A stretch of DNA of 64,000 nt from an uncultured Thermoleophilaceae bacterium (GCA_963731645.1 CAVSWF010000001.1:11001-75000), one strand, 5' to 3'; numbered from the stretch's first letter, positions 43,764 to 55,303 are shown. Made by a program: numbers and translations. Notes: a model not told the origin generated them from the sequence alone.

Positions 43764-44180
43764 ATGCTAGATAGGCTCCATGACCCGATGCCCTGGGTCG
43801 AGATCCTCGTCGCGCTTGGGGTGTCCCACCTGGCCGGGGACTTCCTGCTGCAGACCGAGTGGCAGGCCATGACCAAGACCGGTGGCCTGCGGCGCGGCGG
43901 TGAGGCGCTCCGAGCGCTCCTGGCGCACTGCACGACCTACCTGCTGGCCTACGTGCCGGCGCTCGTGTGGCTGGCCGACGACCTCGGCGCGGGGGTGGTC
44001 GGGGTGGCCGCCCTGATCTACGTGCCCCACATGCTCCAGGACGACGGCTGGGCGATTCGCGCCTACATGCGCAGCGTCAAGCACACCGAGCCCGACGAGC
44101 ATCCGGTCCTGGTGGTCGCCGTCGACCAGAGCGCGCACGTCGTGGTGCTCGCGCTCACCGCGCTCCTCGTCAGCGGCTGA
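43764..44180 (+). CDS. DUF3307-like integral membrane protein
   Basis: ATG at 43764 (or 43788). VSHLAGDFLLQTEWQ motif and a second histidine motif YVPHMLQDDGW. This is the last part of track ORF 42813..44180. Confidence 0.55.
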   Translation: MLDRLHDPMPWVEILVALGVSHLAGDFLLQTEWQAMTKTGGLRRGGEALRALLAHCTTYLLAYVPALVWLADDLGAGVVGVAALIYVPHMLQDDGWAIRAYMRSVKHTEPDEHPVLVVAVDQSAHVVVLALTALLVSG

Positions 44181-44194
44181 GACCTGGTCGGAGT

Positions 44195-44452
44195 CTACTC
44201 GGCGGCGGGCTCGACGGTGATGCTGCGCCCGCGGTGGCCCGTGTGGAACTGCACCGTGCCGGGGCGCTTGGCGAAGATCGTGTCGTCCTTGCCGATCCCC
44301 GTGCCGTCGCCCGGCTTGAAGCGGGTGCCGCGCTGGCGCACGATGATCTCGCCGCCGGTGACCGCCTGACCGGCGAAGACCTTCACGCCCAGGCGCTGGG
44401 CGTTCGAGTCGCGGCCGTTGCGGCTGGAGCCGAGGCCCTTCTTATGAGCCAT
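44195..44452 (-). CDS. rpmA: 50S ribosomal protein L27
   Basis: [29 protein letters not shown]..., intact 85 aa. Confidence 0.95.
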   Translation of the reverse strand: MAHKKGLGSSRNGRDSNAQRLGVKVFAGQAVTGGEIIVRQRGTRFKPGDGTGIGKDDTIFAKRPGTVQFHTGHRGRSITVEPAAE

Positions 44453-44759
44453 TGGAGATGTTTCCGATCTCGAGGCGGGTCAGGTCCGAGCGGTGGCCCA
44501 TGCGGCGCTTGTACCCGTGCTTGGGCTTGAACTTCAGCACGTGGATCTTCTTGCCGCGCTCGTGACGGGTGACCGTGGCCTCGACCTTGACCTTGCCGAG
44601 CGCGTCACCGCCGAGCACCGAGTCGTCGCCGTCGCCGCGGAACATCAGCGGCTCGAGGGTCACCTTCGAGCCCTCGTCCTCGGGCATGCGGTCCACGAGA
44701 AGGGAATCCCCCTTCTCGACGCGGTACTGCTTGCCGCCGACTTTCACGATCGCGTACAT
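44442..44759 (-). CDS. rplU: 50S ribosomal protein L21
   Basis: [18 protein letters not shown]... ATG at 44759 inside track ORF 44442..44981. It overlaps rpmA by 11 nt. Confidence 0.95.
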   Translation of the reverse strand: MYAIVKVGGKQYRVEKGDSLLVDRMPEDEGSKVTLEPLMFRGDGDDSVLGGDALGKVKVEATVTRHERGKKIHVLKFKPKHGYKRRMGHRSDLTRLEIGNISNGS

Positions 44760-44788
44760 GGCCGAATCAGGGTAGCGGCCCCGAATCC

Positions 44789-45364
44789 CTACTCGAGGCC
44801 GGCGGTGATCACGTAACGGCTGGGATCCTCCGGATCCTTCTTGAGCTCGACCGTCTCGCCGTTCGTCAGCGTGACCGTGGCGGTGTCGCCACCGGGATCG
44901 ACCTCCGTCTCGCGGACCTCGATGCCCTTGAGCTGCGCCTTCACCGAGCCGAGGTCGGCCTTGCGCAGGTTCTCGACGCACTTGGCGATGCCGAACTCCT
45001 TCTGGCCCGTGAGCTGGTTGGCGTACTCCTCGCTCAGGAGGCCGCAGACGATGTTGGGATCGTCCTGCCGGATACCGAGCAGCAGGGCGTCCACGGCGGC
45101 CTGGGCGTTGACCTCGTCCTCCTCGGAGGAACCGGAGTCGGTGTCGGTCTCGGTGTCCGAGAGATCGGTGTCGGTGGCGTCGGTGTCGGTCGCGTCGGTG
45201 TCCGTGGCGTCGGTGTCGGTCGCGTCGGTGTCGCTCTCGATGACGGTGACGGTCTCGCTGCCGCCCTCGTCGTCGCCGCAGGCGGCCATTCCCCCGGCCA
45301 GCAGCAGGGCGGACAGGCAGACGGCAAACGTGCGGAGCAGACGGGCCAGATAACGCGATTCCAT
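44789..45364 (-). CDS. Putative lipoprotein with an acidic DTDAT tandem repeat
   Basis: ATG at 45362-45364, then MESRYLARLLRTFAVCLSALLLAGGMAAC (signal peptide plus lipobox-like Cys). Next comes ESDTDATDTDATDTDATDTDATDTDLSDTETDTDSGSSEEDE and a globular C-terminal half. Confidence 0.6.
   Translation of the reverse strand: MESRYLARLLRTFAVCLSALLLAGGMAACGDDEGGSETVTVIESDTDATDTDATDTDATDTDATDTDLSDTETDTDSGSSEEDEVNAQAAVDALLLGIRQDDPNIVCGLLSEEYANQLTGQKEFGIAKCVENLRKADLGSVKAQLKGIEVRETEVDPGGDTATVTLTNGETVELKKDPEDPSRYVITAGLE
45167..45234. repeat. 15-bp tandem repeat, about 4.5 copies, inside the lipoprotein gene
   Basis: GGTGTCGGTGGCGTC / GGTGTCGGTCGCGTC / GGTGTCCGTGGCGTC / GGTGTCGGTCGCGTC / GGTGTCGC. It encodes (DATDT)n on the minus strand. 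Confidence 0.85.
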
Positions 45365-45410
45365 GCGGATCATCCTTTGCGGGTCGAAGTTCAGCCGGGG
45401 CATGCTAGTG

Positions 45411-47479
45411 CTAGTCCGCCTCGGCCGCCTTGCGCCGCCCCCGTCCACCGCGCCGCCCGCGCCGGCGCGGGCGCTTCGGCTCAGCCTCCGAGCCGCCGGA
45501 GTCGCTCGGGGCGCCTTCGGGCTCGGCGGGGGCGTCGGCCTCGCCCGAGGCGAGCCGGCGAGGGCTGCTCGGCGCCGTTTCCGTCGCTCGAGCCCGCGCG
45601 GGACCGCCCGCCTCTGCCGCCCCTGCGCGACCCCCGGCCGCGCGGGGTCTCACCGCGGGTCGCGGTGGCGGAGTCCCGGCCGGTCGCCGGGCCTGGGGAT
45701 GTCGATCACCTCGGCCCCCTCGACCAGCGTGGCCGAGGCCGCCGAGCGGCCCACGTTCTCGATGCGGACGAGGGTCTTCTTGCCGACCAGCTTCCCGGCG
45801 CCGGCCACGGAGATCACGTACCCGTCGAGCTTCGCGACGGCGTCGTCCTCCGCGTACATGTGCGGCTCCTCGATGGCCACGAGCACCTCGTCGCCGGTCT
45901 GGAAGGGCAGCGCGCGCTGCTCGACCTCCTCGCGCGAGCCCTCCAGCGCCACCGTGAAGTGGTCGATCGGCAGCGCCTCGGAGCCCTCGAAGTGGAAGTG
46001 CTTGCCCGTCTCCTCCTCGATCTCGAGGAGCGGCCGCCCGGGGCCGCCCGCCAGCAGGGCCGCGACGGACGGGTGGAGACGGATGAGGAACGCCTCGGTG
46101 GCGGGCCGCTCCGCGGCCAGCTCGCGCATCCGGCGCTCGACGGCGATGGCGACGGTCTCCTCCGAGAGCACCACGCTCTCGCCCTCGCAGGTCGGACAGG
46201 TCTTGGTCAGGATCTCGCGCACGCCCTCGGTCACGTTCTGGCGGGTCATCTCCACGAGCCCCAGCGGCGAGATCTCCACGACGTAGGTCTTCGTGCGGTC
46301 CTCGTCGAGCGACTTGCGCAGCGTCTTCAGCACGGCGTCGCGGTTGCGGGCGCGCGACATGTCGATGAAGTCGATGACGATGATCCCGCCGATGTCGCGC
46401 AGCCGCAGCTGGGCGACCACCTCCTCGGCCGCCTCGAGGTTGGTCTTGGTGATCGTGTCCTCGAGCCGCGCGCCCTTGCCGCGGCCGGTGAACGAGCCGG
46501 AGTTCACGTCGATCACCGTCAGGGCCTCGGCGTAGTCGATGATCAGGTAGCCGCCCGAGGGCAGGTCCACCCTGCGCTTGAGCGTGGACTGGATCGCCTG
46601 CTCGATGCCGAAGCGCTCGAACAGCGGCCGCTTCTCGTCCTTGTAGAGCTCCAGCCGGGGCAGCAGCTCGGGGGCGGTGCGGGTGAAGAACGACTCCAGG
46701 CGGTGGTGCTGCTGGGGGTCGTCGACCATCGCCCGCTCGAACTGCTTCGAGAAGATGTCGCGCACCACGCGCACCGAGAGGTCGGCCTCCTGGAAGACCA
46801 TGGCGGGCGCGGCGGTGTCCTTCGCGCGCTTCTGGAGCACGTCGTGGAGCTTGTGGAGGTACTTGATCTCGTGCTCGAAGTCGGCCTTGACCGCCCCCTG
46901 GGCGGCGGTGCGGATGATCGCGCCGCCCTCGCCCAGCTCGAGCCCCTTGGACTGGCGGCGCAGGCGCTCGCGCTCCTTGTCGTCGAGCCGGCGCGAGACG
47001 CCGATCCCCTCGCCCTGGGGCACGTACACGAGGTAGCGCCCGGCGATCGAGAGCTGCATGGAGAGCCGCGGCCCCTTGGTCTTCAGCGGGTCCTTGACGG
47101 CCTGCACGAGGATCTCCTGGCCGGGCTTGAGCAGCTCGGTGATGCGCTTGCCCTTCTCCTTGCCCCCGCCGCGTCCGCGCCGGGCCACCTCCACGCCCGG
47201 CATGACGATGTCGTCGGTGTGCAGGAAGCCGTTCTTCTCGAGGCCGATGTCCACGAAGGCGGCCTCCAGCCCGGGCAGCACGTTGTCGACCTTGCCCTTG
47301 TAGACGTTGCCGACGATCGACCGCGATCCGCGGCGCTCTATGTAGAGCTCGCCGACCCTCCAGCCGTTGTTGGTCTGTGGTCCGTTGCGACCTCCGTCAG
47401 CGGAGGGCGTGCCCTCCGCTTCGAGGATCGCCACTCTGGTTTCGCCACGGTCGGCCGTGACGAGCACTTGCTTTCTCAA
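45411..47479 (-). CDS. rne: Ribonuclease E/G family endoribonuclease with an Arg-rich C-terminal tail; one frame change near 45650
   Basis: 609-aa ORF from TTG 47479. S1 domain GNVYKGKVDNVLPGLEAAFVDIGLEKNGFLH and catalytic core DFIDM. The tail ...PKRPRRRGRRGGRGRRKAAEAD is in track 45411..45653. Confidence 0.85.
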
Positions 47480-47500
47480 GATATGTCCTGTTGGTAGGGC

Positions 47501-48694
47501 TCATATGAGAGCCGAATTGGAGCCCTTGGCCAGCGCCATCTCGCGCGCTTGCGCGTGAATCGACTGCAGCAGTCCGAGGGCCATGAAGATGACGATCACC
47601 GAGGAGCCGCCGTAGCTCATCAGCGGCAGCGTCACGCCGGTGATGGGCATGATCCCGATGGTCATGCCTACGTTCACGAAGATCTGGAACATCAGCATGG
47701 CGGTGATCCCCCCGGCGATGAGGCTGCCGTAGAGGTTCTTCGACATGGTGAGGATGCGCAGGCAGCGCCAGATCAGAAGAGCGAATAGAGACAACACTAG
47801 TGCGGCGCCCATGAAGCCGAACTCCTCGCCCACCACGGAGAAGATGAAGTCGGTGTGGTGCTCGGGCAGGAAGTCGAGCTTCGTCTGCGTCGCCGCCTCG
47901 CCCCGGCCGGTCTTGCCGCCGGCGCCGATGGCCACCAGCGACTGCGCCTGCTGGTAGCCCTGGCCGTCGAGGTTCTCCGTCGGATTCACGAAGGCCGTGA
48001 GGCGGTCCATCTGGTAGGGCTTGAGCACCTCGATCCCCATCGCCGGGGCCGCCACGAGCACGGTCACGATCGCGACGGCGGCCAGCCCGCCCAGGCCGGC
48101 CAGATGGGTCCACTTCGTGCCCGCCACGAACAGCACCGCCACGACGATGGCGATGTACACGAGCCCCGAGCCCAGGTCGGGCTGGGCGATCACCAGCATC
48201 GCGGGCAGGAGCGCGAGCAGCATGATCCTGCTCGTGGTCTCGCGCTCTCCCAGCCGCCGGATGCGATCGACCATGAAGGCCGACAGCGTGAGCACCAGCA
48301 GCACCTTGCCGAGCTCCGAGGTCTGCAGCTGGAAGAAGCCCAGGTCGACCGCGCGCCGCGACCCGCGCGCCACGCTGCCCAGCGCGAAGGTCGCGAGGAT
48401 GAGGCCGATCATGCCGATGTAGAGCCCGGCCTTCCAGTCCCGGAAGCGCGAGTAGTCGACCCGGGAGAGCAGGAGCATCAGCACGATCCCCACTCCCGCG
48501 TAGATGCTCTGGCGGTACACGAAGAAGTTGGGATCGCCCGGGATGTCGCCCCTGGTGGCCGAGCCGATGGTGTAGATGCTGCAGCCCATCAGCGCGACAG
48601 CCGCCAGCAGCAGCAGGATGTCCATCCGCACGAAGCGGGGGACCGCCCCGTCGCGGAAGCCCTTTACGGAGGTGCCGTAGGGGGAGGCCTGCAT
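47501..48694 (-). CDS. rodA: SEDS glycosyltransferase RodA, intact
   Basis: 397-aa multi-TM ORF with FQLQTSELGKVLLVL, PEHHTDFIFSVVGEEFGF, LPLMSYGGSS. Its start shares one base with the mrdA stop (TGATG). Confidence 0.92.
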   Translation of the reverse strand: MQASPYGTSVKGFRDGAVPRFVRMDILLLLAAVALMGCSIYTIGSATRGDIPGDPNFFVYRQSIYAGVGIVLMLLLSRVDYSRFRDWKAGLYIGMIGLILATFALGSVARGSRRAVDLGFFQLQTSELGKVLLVLTLSAFMVDRIRRLGERETTSRIMLLALLPAMLVIAQPDLGSGLVYIAIVVAVLFVAGTKWTHLAGLGGLAAVAIVTVLVAAPAMGIEVLKPYQMDRLTAFVNPTENLDGQGYQQAQSLVAIGAGGKTGRGEAATQTKLDFLPEHHTDFIFSVVGEEFGFMGAALVLSLFALLIWRCLRILTMSKNLYGSLIAGGITAMLMFQIFVNVGMTIGIMPITGVTLPLMSYGGSSVIVIFMALGLLQSIHAQAREMALAKGSNSALI

Positions 48695-50628
48695 CAGGCG
48701 CGCACCTTATTGCGGGGCGGCATGCGCGAGGAGCGCAGCCGATCGCCGTCGGTGAGCACCGCAGCGAGCATCAGTCTTGGGAGTCCCGAGGGTGCGGCGC
48801 CCGCCTTGACCCCGAACAGCTCGGCGAGGATCGCGCGGGCCGCGGGGGCCGCCGTCTCGGCGCCGAAGCCGCCCTGCTCGAACGTCGTGACCACCACGTA
48901 CTCGGGGTTCGGGTAGGGCGCCAGCGCCGCGTACCAGGACTGGTCGGCGCGCCCGGCCCCCTTCTCAGCGGTGCCGGTCTTGCCCGCCACCGGGATGGGG
49001 AAGCCGGCGAACACGTCGGACGAGGTGCCTCCGGGCTCGCTCGCCGCGGCCCGCAGGCCGTCCAGGATGGCCTGACGGTTGGTGTCGTCGATGTCGAGCT
49101 TCCGGGCGCTCGGCGCCTCGAGCTCCTGGAGCGGGCGGCCGGTGGCGTCCTCGATCCGCTGGCCCAGCCGCGGCTGCACGACGCGCCCGCCGTTGGCGAT
49201 CGCGGCGTAGGCCACCGCGAGCTGCAGCGGGTTGGCGGACAGGTCGCCCTGCCCGACGGAGAGGTTCACGTTGTCGCCGACGCTCCACGGGCGGTCGGTC
49301 AGGCCCTTCTTGAAGAGGTCGTTGCGCCACTTGGGGGTGGGAATGCGCCCCGGCGAGTCGTCGGGCAGGTCGATCCCGGTGGCCCGCCCGAGCCCGAGCC
49401 GCTTGGCCCAGTCCTGGATCAGCAGGCCGTTCCCGCTGCCGTTGGCCTGGACGCCGAGCCGGTAGAAGAACACGTCGCTGGAGACCGAGAGCGCCTGACG
49501 CAGCGCCAGGGCGCCGTGGACCACGCCGCCGGCGTTGGAGAAGCTCACGCCGCCGACCCGGAGCGAGCCGCCGTCGTACTGCACGGTGTCGGGGGTGATC
49601 AGGCCGCCCTCGAGCGCGGCCGTCGCGGTGATCAGCTTGAAGGTCGAGCCCGTGGGGTAGTCGCCCTGGGTCGCGCGGTTGAGCAGGGGCTCGCCGTTGT
49701 CCTTGTCGGTCAGGCGGTCGAGGTCGGACTGCCTGATCCGCTTCGAGAAGATGTTCGGGTCATAGGAGGGCGCGCTGCCGAGCGCGATCACCTCGCCGTT
49801 GCGCACGTTCATCACGGCGAAGGCGCCGAAGGAGCCGCCGAGGACCTCCTGCGCCACGCGCTGCACGTCGAGGTCGATCGACAGCCGCAGCTGGCGGCCC
49901 TGCTTGGGCTGCTTGGAGGTCAGCGTCTGGCGCAGGTTGCCCAGCGCGTCGACCCGCACGCGGCTGGCTCCGTTCTCGCCGCGGAGGAAGCGGTCGTACT
50001 GGTACTCGATGCCGTCCTGGCCGACCCGGTCGCCGAGCACCACGCCCCGGTAGCGCTCGTCCTTGAGCTGGTCCTCGTTGACCTCGCTCACGTAGCCGAA
50101 CAGGTGGGCGCCGATCTCCGAATGCGGGTACTGGCGCACGAAGACCTGCTCGGGCTCGACGCCGGGGAAGTCCTCCTGGTTCTCGGCGAGGTAGTAGATG
50201 AGCTTCTTGGAGACGTCGCTCTTGACCGTGGCGGGCGCCGACGGCAGCGCCTTCAGCTGGTCCTCCACGGTCTTCTCGACCCGCGCCGGGGTCATGGCGA
50301 GCACGCGTCCGAGCCGCGCGTACACCGCGCGGCGCTCGGCGCGGCCCTCGGGAAGCTTCTCCGGCGAGACCTTCACGGCGAGGCCGGTGCGGTTGCGGAC
50401 GAGGACCCGCCCCTCGCGGTCCACGATCTCGCCGCGGGGGGCCGCCACCTTGATCGGGCGCACGCTGTTGGCCCGCGCCTCGCTGCGGTACTTGTCGCCC
50501 GAGAGCACCTGGAGGTACCAGAGGCGAAAGAACACGAGGCCGAAGGCCACGAGCGCGATGCCGCCGATCACGGCCACGCGCAGGGCGAGCTGGGGCGTCA
50601 TGCGGCGGCTGTCGGAGTCCTGGTACAC
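48694..50628 (-). CDS. mrdA: Penicillin-binding protein 2 (elongasome transpeptidase), intact
   Basis: 644-aa ORF with an N-terminal TM segment, SxxK as GSTFKLITA, and KTGTAE. Confidence 0.92.
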   Translation of the reverse strand: MYQDSDSRRMTPQLALRVAVIGGIALVAFGLVFFRLWYLQVLSGDKYRSEARANSVRPIKVAAPRGEIVDREGRVLVRNRTGLAVKVSPEKLPEGRAERRAVYARLGRVLAMTPARVEKTVEDQLKALPSAPATVKSDVSKKLIYYLAENQEDFPGVEPEQVFVRQYPHSEIGAHLFGYVSEVNEDQLKDERYRGVVLGDRVGQDGIEYQYDRFLRGENGASRVRVDALGNLRQTLTSKQPKQGRQLRLSIDLDVQRVAQEVLGGSFGAFAVMNVRNGEVIALGSAPSYDPNIFSKRIRQSDLDRLTDKDNGEPLLNRATQGDYPTGSTFKLITATAALEGGLITPDTVQYDGGSLRVGGVSFSNAGGVVHGALALRQALSVSSDVFFYRLGVQANGSGNGLLIQDWAKRLGLGRATGIDLPDDSPGRIPTPKWRNDLFKKGLTDRPWSVGDNVNLSVGQGDLSANPLQLAVAYAAIANGGRVVQPRLGQRIEDATGRPLQELEAPSARKLDIDDTNRQAILDGLRAAASEPGGTSSDVFAGFPIPVAGKTGTAEKGAGRADQSWYAALAPYPNPEYVVVTTFEQGGFGAETAAPAARAILAELFGVKAGAAPSGLPRLMLAAVLTDGDRLRSSRMPPRNKVRA

Positions 50629-50630
50629 GC

Positions 50631-51209
50631 CTAGGCCTCCAGTCCGCGGAGGCCGAGGGGACCGGTCTCGCGCGGCCCGCTCCGGCGCCGGCGGACGTCC
50701 ACCGGGTCCACCAGCAGCACCGGCCGGAGCACCCGCCGGCAGATCGAGAACACCGGCAGCGCCAGCAGCGCGTTCAGCCCGGTGGTGAGAAGGGCGTCGC
50801 GGACCACGAGCGGGCTGACCGACGAGCCCACGTCGAGCATGAACGAGATCGCGGCGAACGCCACGACGTAGCCCAGCGTGGCCGCCGCCCCCACGGGGAT
50901 CGGCATCAGCCCGTGCGCCGGGTCGCGCACCTCGCGGTAGCGCCCGACGCCGTATCCCACGGCGGTGAGGACGAGCGAGGACACGCCCATGGTCCCCCCC
51001 ACGGCGAGGTCGAGCAGGAGCCCGGCCGCGAAGCCGGTGGCGGCGCCGGAGACGCTGCCCGCGTAGATCGCGATCCCGGCCACGGCCAGCGGGACGAGGT
51101 CGGGATGCGCGCCGAAGAGGCGGACGGGCCCGAAGCCCGACAGCTCCAGGATCACGGCACCGAAGACGATCGCACCGGCCCGGGCGAAGGCCTGGGGGGA
51201 GAGGCTCAC
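50631..51209 (-). CDS. mreD: Rod shape-determining protein MreD
   Basis: GTG at 51207-51209 overlaps the mreC stop (GTGA). A hydrophobic protein of about 190 aa (last part of track 50631..52100). Assigned mainly by position between mreC and mrdA. Confidence 0.75.
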   Translation of the reverse strand: MSLSPQAFARAGAIVFGAVILELSGFGPVRLFGAHPDLVPLAVAGIAIYAGSVSGAATGFAAGLLLDLAVGGTMGVSSLVLTAVGYGVGRYREVRDPAHGLMPIPVGAAATLGYVVAFAAISFMLDVGSSVSPLVVRDALLTTGLNALLALPVFSICRRVLRPVLLVDPVDVRRRRSGPRETGPLGLRGLEA

Positions 51210-52100
51210 GGCGCCACCTGGGCGGCCGCGGTGTCGCTCGGGGTGCCGCGCGAGGTGAGCACCTGCACGATGTCGATCCTGCGCAGGTCGGCGAACGGCT
51301 TGAGGTGCACCCGCTGGTAGAGCTGGACCTCGTCGAGGTCGACGCGGGTCACGCGGCCCACGGGTATGCCCCGCGGGAAGCGCGACTGGACGCGGTCCGA
51401 GGTGAAGCCCGAGGTGACCACGGTGGTGCCCTCGGTGACGCGCCGGTTGCGGTCCACGAAATCGAGCAGCAGGTCGTTGGGCTGGCCCACCTGGGGACGG
51501 ACGATGCCGCTGGCCCCGCTGGGCAGCACCTGGCCCGAGACCGCGCTGTCGCCGTCGGTGATGAGCTTGACCTCGGCCGTGCCGCCGGTGACGCTCGTGA
51601 CCTTGCCCACCAGGCCGCCCGCCGCGATCACCGGCTGATTCTCCTCGATGCCGTCGTCCGCGCCCTTGTCGATCTTGACCGAGGAGTACCAGACGGTCGG
51701 CGAGTGGACGATCACGCGAGCCGCGACGGGATCCGTCCCGCTGGGGAAGCTGTCGACGTCCGCGAGCTTGACGAGCCCGCGCAGCTGGCGCACGTCGTCG
51801 GCGGCCACGGCGCTCTCGCCCAGTTGCTTGCGCAGGCGCTCGTTCTCGGCGCGCAGCTTCTCGTTGTCGGACTTGGCGTCGAGCGTGTCGCCGAACCATC
51901 CCCCGGCGTCGCGGAAGGGCTTGAGCGCCCTCCCGGCGCCCGTCTCGAGGGGCGCGAGGGCCTCCTGGGCTCCCCGCTGGAGCGTGTGGAAGACCCCGCC
52001 CGAGCCCTCGCCGAAGTAGGCGGTGAGCATCACCACCGACAAGCACGACGAATATCGCCAGGGCCGCCCTTCTGCGGCGGACCACTTTCGAGTCGTACAC
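51206..52100 (-). CDS. mreC: Rod shape-determining protein MreC, with one frame change near 52040
   Basis: N-terminus MYDSKVVRRRRAALAIFVVLV (track 50631..52100), then track 51206..52042 with the coiled coil ENEKLRAENERLRKQL and GLVGKVTSV...VTSGFTSDRVQSRFPRGIPVGRV. Confidence 0.85.
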
Positions 52101-52125
52101 GTTCGGCTCCTACCGAGCCGCCGAG

Positions 52126-53253
<1,128 letters not shown>

Positions 53254-53321
53254 TCAGGGACGAGCGAGGCGGACCGACCGCCGTGCATTGTATCTCCTTA
53301 CCCCCTTTCCGCCCAGGCGTT

Positions 53322-53898
53322 TCATCTGTTCGCCGTGCTGCGATCACCACCTCGGGCGCCAGCCGCACCAGCTCGGCCACGGGCAGCCCGACCACGTTGA
53401 AGTAATCGCCCTCGATCCGGTCCACCAGTGCGGCTCCGCGCCCCTGGATCGCGTAGCCGCCGGCGCGCTCGCGCCACTCCCCGCCGGCGACGTACCAGTC
53501 GATCTCCTCCGGGCCCAGCGCGCCGGAAGCGGACCTCGGTCGCGCTCGCCGTGGTGCGCTCCCGCCCGCCCCCGACCAGGGCGAGGCCCGACCAGACGTT
53601 GTGCACGCGCCCCTCGAGCAGGCGCAGGACGCGGCGGGCCTCGGCCTCGTCACGGGGCTTGCCGAAGATGCGCCCGTCGACCTCCACGGCGGTGTCCACG
53701 CCGAGCACGCAGATCGCCCTTCACCGAGCGCGCCTTGGCCAGGGCGTTGGCCATGACCACCTCCCCGGGCTCCCCACGCGAGCCTTCGCGCGCGTCGGGC
53801 TCCACCACCGTGAACGAGACGCCCAGCTGCTCCAGGATCGCCCGGCGCTGGGGGGACCGCGAGGCGAGCACCAGCACCGAGCCCGCCCTCGCGCTCAT
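53322..53898 (-). CDS. maf: Maf-family nucleoside triphosphate pyrophosphatase, with at least 2 frame changes; 3' end uncertain
   Basis: VLASRSPQRRAILEQLG (53650..53898), LGVDTAVEVDGRIFGKPRDEAEA (53322..53708), AGGYAIQGRGAALVDRIEGDYFNVVGLPV (52193..53653). Confidence 0.75.
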
Positions 53899-53902
53899 GC
53901 CC

Positions 53903-54310
53903 CTAGGCGAGCTCGGGGAAGAAGAGCGCCGACTCGCGGGCGGCGGAGTCCGCCGAGTCCGAGCCGTGGACGAGGTTGGTCTGCACCTCGAGCCCGTGGT
54001 CGCCCCGGATGGAGCCCGGCGCCGCCTCGATGGGGTTCGTCGCGCCGATCACCTGGCGGGCGGCGGCCACGGCCTCGTGTCCCTCGAGGACCATCGCCAC
54101 CAGGGGACCGCCGGTGATGAAGTCCACCAGCTCGCCGAAGAACGGCTTCTCGTTGTGCTCGGCGTAGTGCTCCTCGGCGGTCTCGCGCGGAACCACCATG
54201 TGCTTGAGGGCGACGATACGCAGGCCCTTGCGCTCGAAGCGGGCTATCACCTCGCCGGTCAGGCGGCGCTCGAAGGCATCGGGCTTCACCAGGATCAGGG
54301 TTCGGTCCAC
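53903..54310 (-). CDS. ndk: Nucleoside diphosphate kinase, intact
   Basis: [26 protein letters not shown]... and active-site NLVHGSDS. Confidence 0.95.
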   Translation of the reverse strand: MDRTLILVKPDAFERRLTGEVIARFERKGLRIVALKHMVVPRETAEEHYAEHNEKPFFGELVDFITGGPLVAMVLEGHEAVAAARQVIGATNPIEAAPGSIRGDHGLEVQTNLVHGSDSADSAARESALFFPELA

Positions 54311-54377
54311 GTGGTTCCTCTTTCGTGTCGACGGGAGAGCGGCAAGGCCGGGAGGCTAGCCGGGCGCCCGCGACCGA

Positions 54378-55146
54378 TCAGGCCGGTGGCCGGGCGCGGC
54401 GCGGTGCCGGATCGACCCCGTCGGCGGCCGGCGGCCGGGAACGGCTCGGGGCGGTCGCCGGATCCGCGGTCGCGCCGTCGGGCCGCACCGCGCGCGTCTC
54501 GCCGTCGGCCGGCGGGCGGGCGCTGCGCGCCGGGCGGCGACCGGCGCGGTTCCGGGCTCGACCCGGGGCCGGCCTCCGGCGCGGGGCGGGCCGCCGCGGG
54601 GCGCTGCGCACCCTCGCGGCGGGGGCGCCTGCGTCGGCCCCGGAGGGCGGGCGTTCGCGCCGGCGCTCGCGCCGGGGGCGCGGCTGCTGGCCGCCGCGCT
54701 GGCCGACGGCCGCCTCGCAGTAGGGGCAGATCGACCACCTGGGGTCGAGCGCCTTGCCCGCAGGTCATGCACGGCTCCTTGAGCCGGCGATGGCAGTTGG
54801 GGCAGCGCAGGAACGTCTTCTCCACCTCGTTCGAGCAGTGCGGGCAGACGTACTGCCCGATGCTGGCGAGGCGGGCTTCGGCCGCCGCGATCTCGAGGTC
54901 GCGCTCACGCACGTCCTCGAGGAACTCGGGCGGGCGGACGATCATGTAGACGATGGTGCCCGCGAAGGGGAACAGCGAGGCCGCGGTGGCGCAGCCCACC
55001 AGCATGGGATCCGTGATTCGCCGGCGTGCGTCGGCGAAGGTCCAGTAGACCAGGGCGAGCCAGAACACCACCAGGAACAGCAGCAGCAGGTTGACCGCGA
55101 GGTTGAGCCCGTCGTTGGTGATCCCGAAGATCGCGAGGGGGGTCAT
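54378..55146 (-). CDS. Membrane protein with a PLDc_N-like TM hairpin, a double zinc ribbon and an Arg/Pro-rich tail; one frame change near 54755
   Basis: FLVVFWLALVYWTFADARRR...FPFAGTIVYMIVRPPEF, then CPHCSNEV...CPNCHRRL. After a 1-nt shift it reads CMTCGKALDPRWSICPYCEAA and a long R/P/A tail ending at TGA 54378 (track 54378..54611). Confidence 0.6.
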
Positions 55147-55183
55147 GCAGGCGGGCAGTGTACCCGGCGGGCCTCCCGGATAA

Positions 55184-55303
55184 TCAGAGGAAGATGCGGC
55201 CCAGCGCGTATCCGACGCCGAAGAACACGAGTATCACCGTGGCCACCACGAGGGCCACGAGACCGATCATCGCACCGAATCCGGGACCGTCCTTGCGTTC
55301 CAT
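55184..55303 (-). CDS. Candidate 39-aa single-TM peptide
   Basis: MERKDGPGFGAMIGLVALVVATVILVFFGVGYALGRIFL, at the tail of track 55184..56296. ATG at 55301-55303. The position mirrors the small membrane gene between folC and ndk in other actinobacteria (recollection). Confidence 0.35.
   Translation of the reverse strand: MERKDGPGFGAMIGLVALVVATVILVFFGVGYALGRIFL

Noticed and set aside
45167-45234. Tandem repeats considered as a possible CRISPR or minisatellite locus
   Set aside because: The units are 15 bp, contiguous with no spacers, and lie in frame inside a coding sequence.
45377-47497. 706-aa plus-strand ORF, the longest ORF in this part of the track
   Set aside because: It is antisense to the RNase E/G gene, which has clear S1 and catalytic motifs on the minus strand. 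The plus-strand ORF has no motifs.
54325-54772. Several overlapping Arg/Pro-rich ORFs on both strands (54325..54723, 54356..54772, 54378..54611)
   Set aside because: They are low-complexity GC-rich sequence. Only the frame that continues the zinc-ribbon protein is retained, and even its tail is uncertain.
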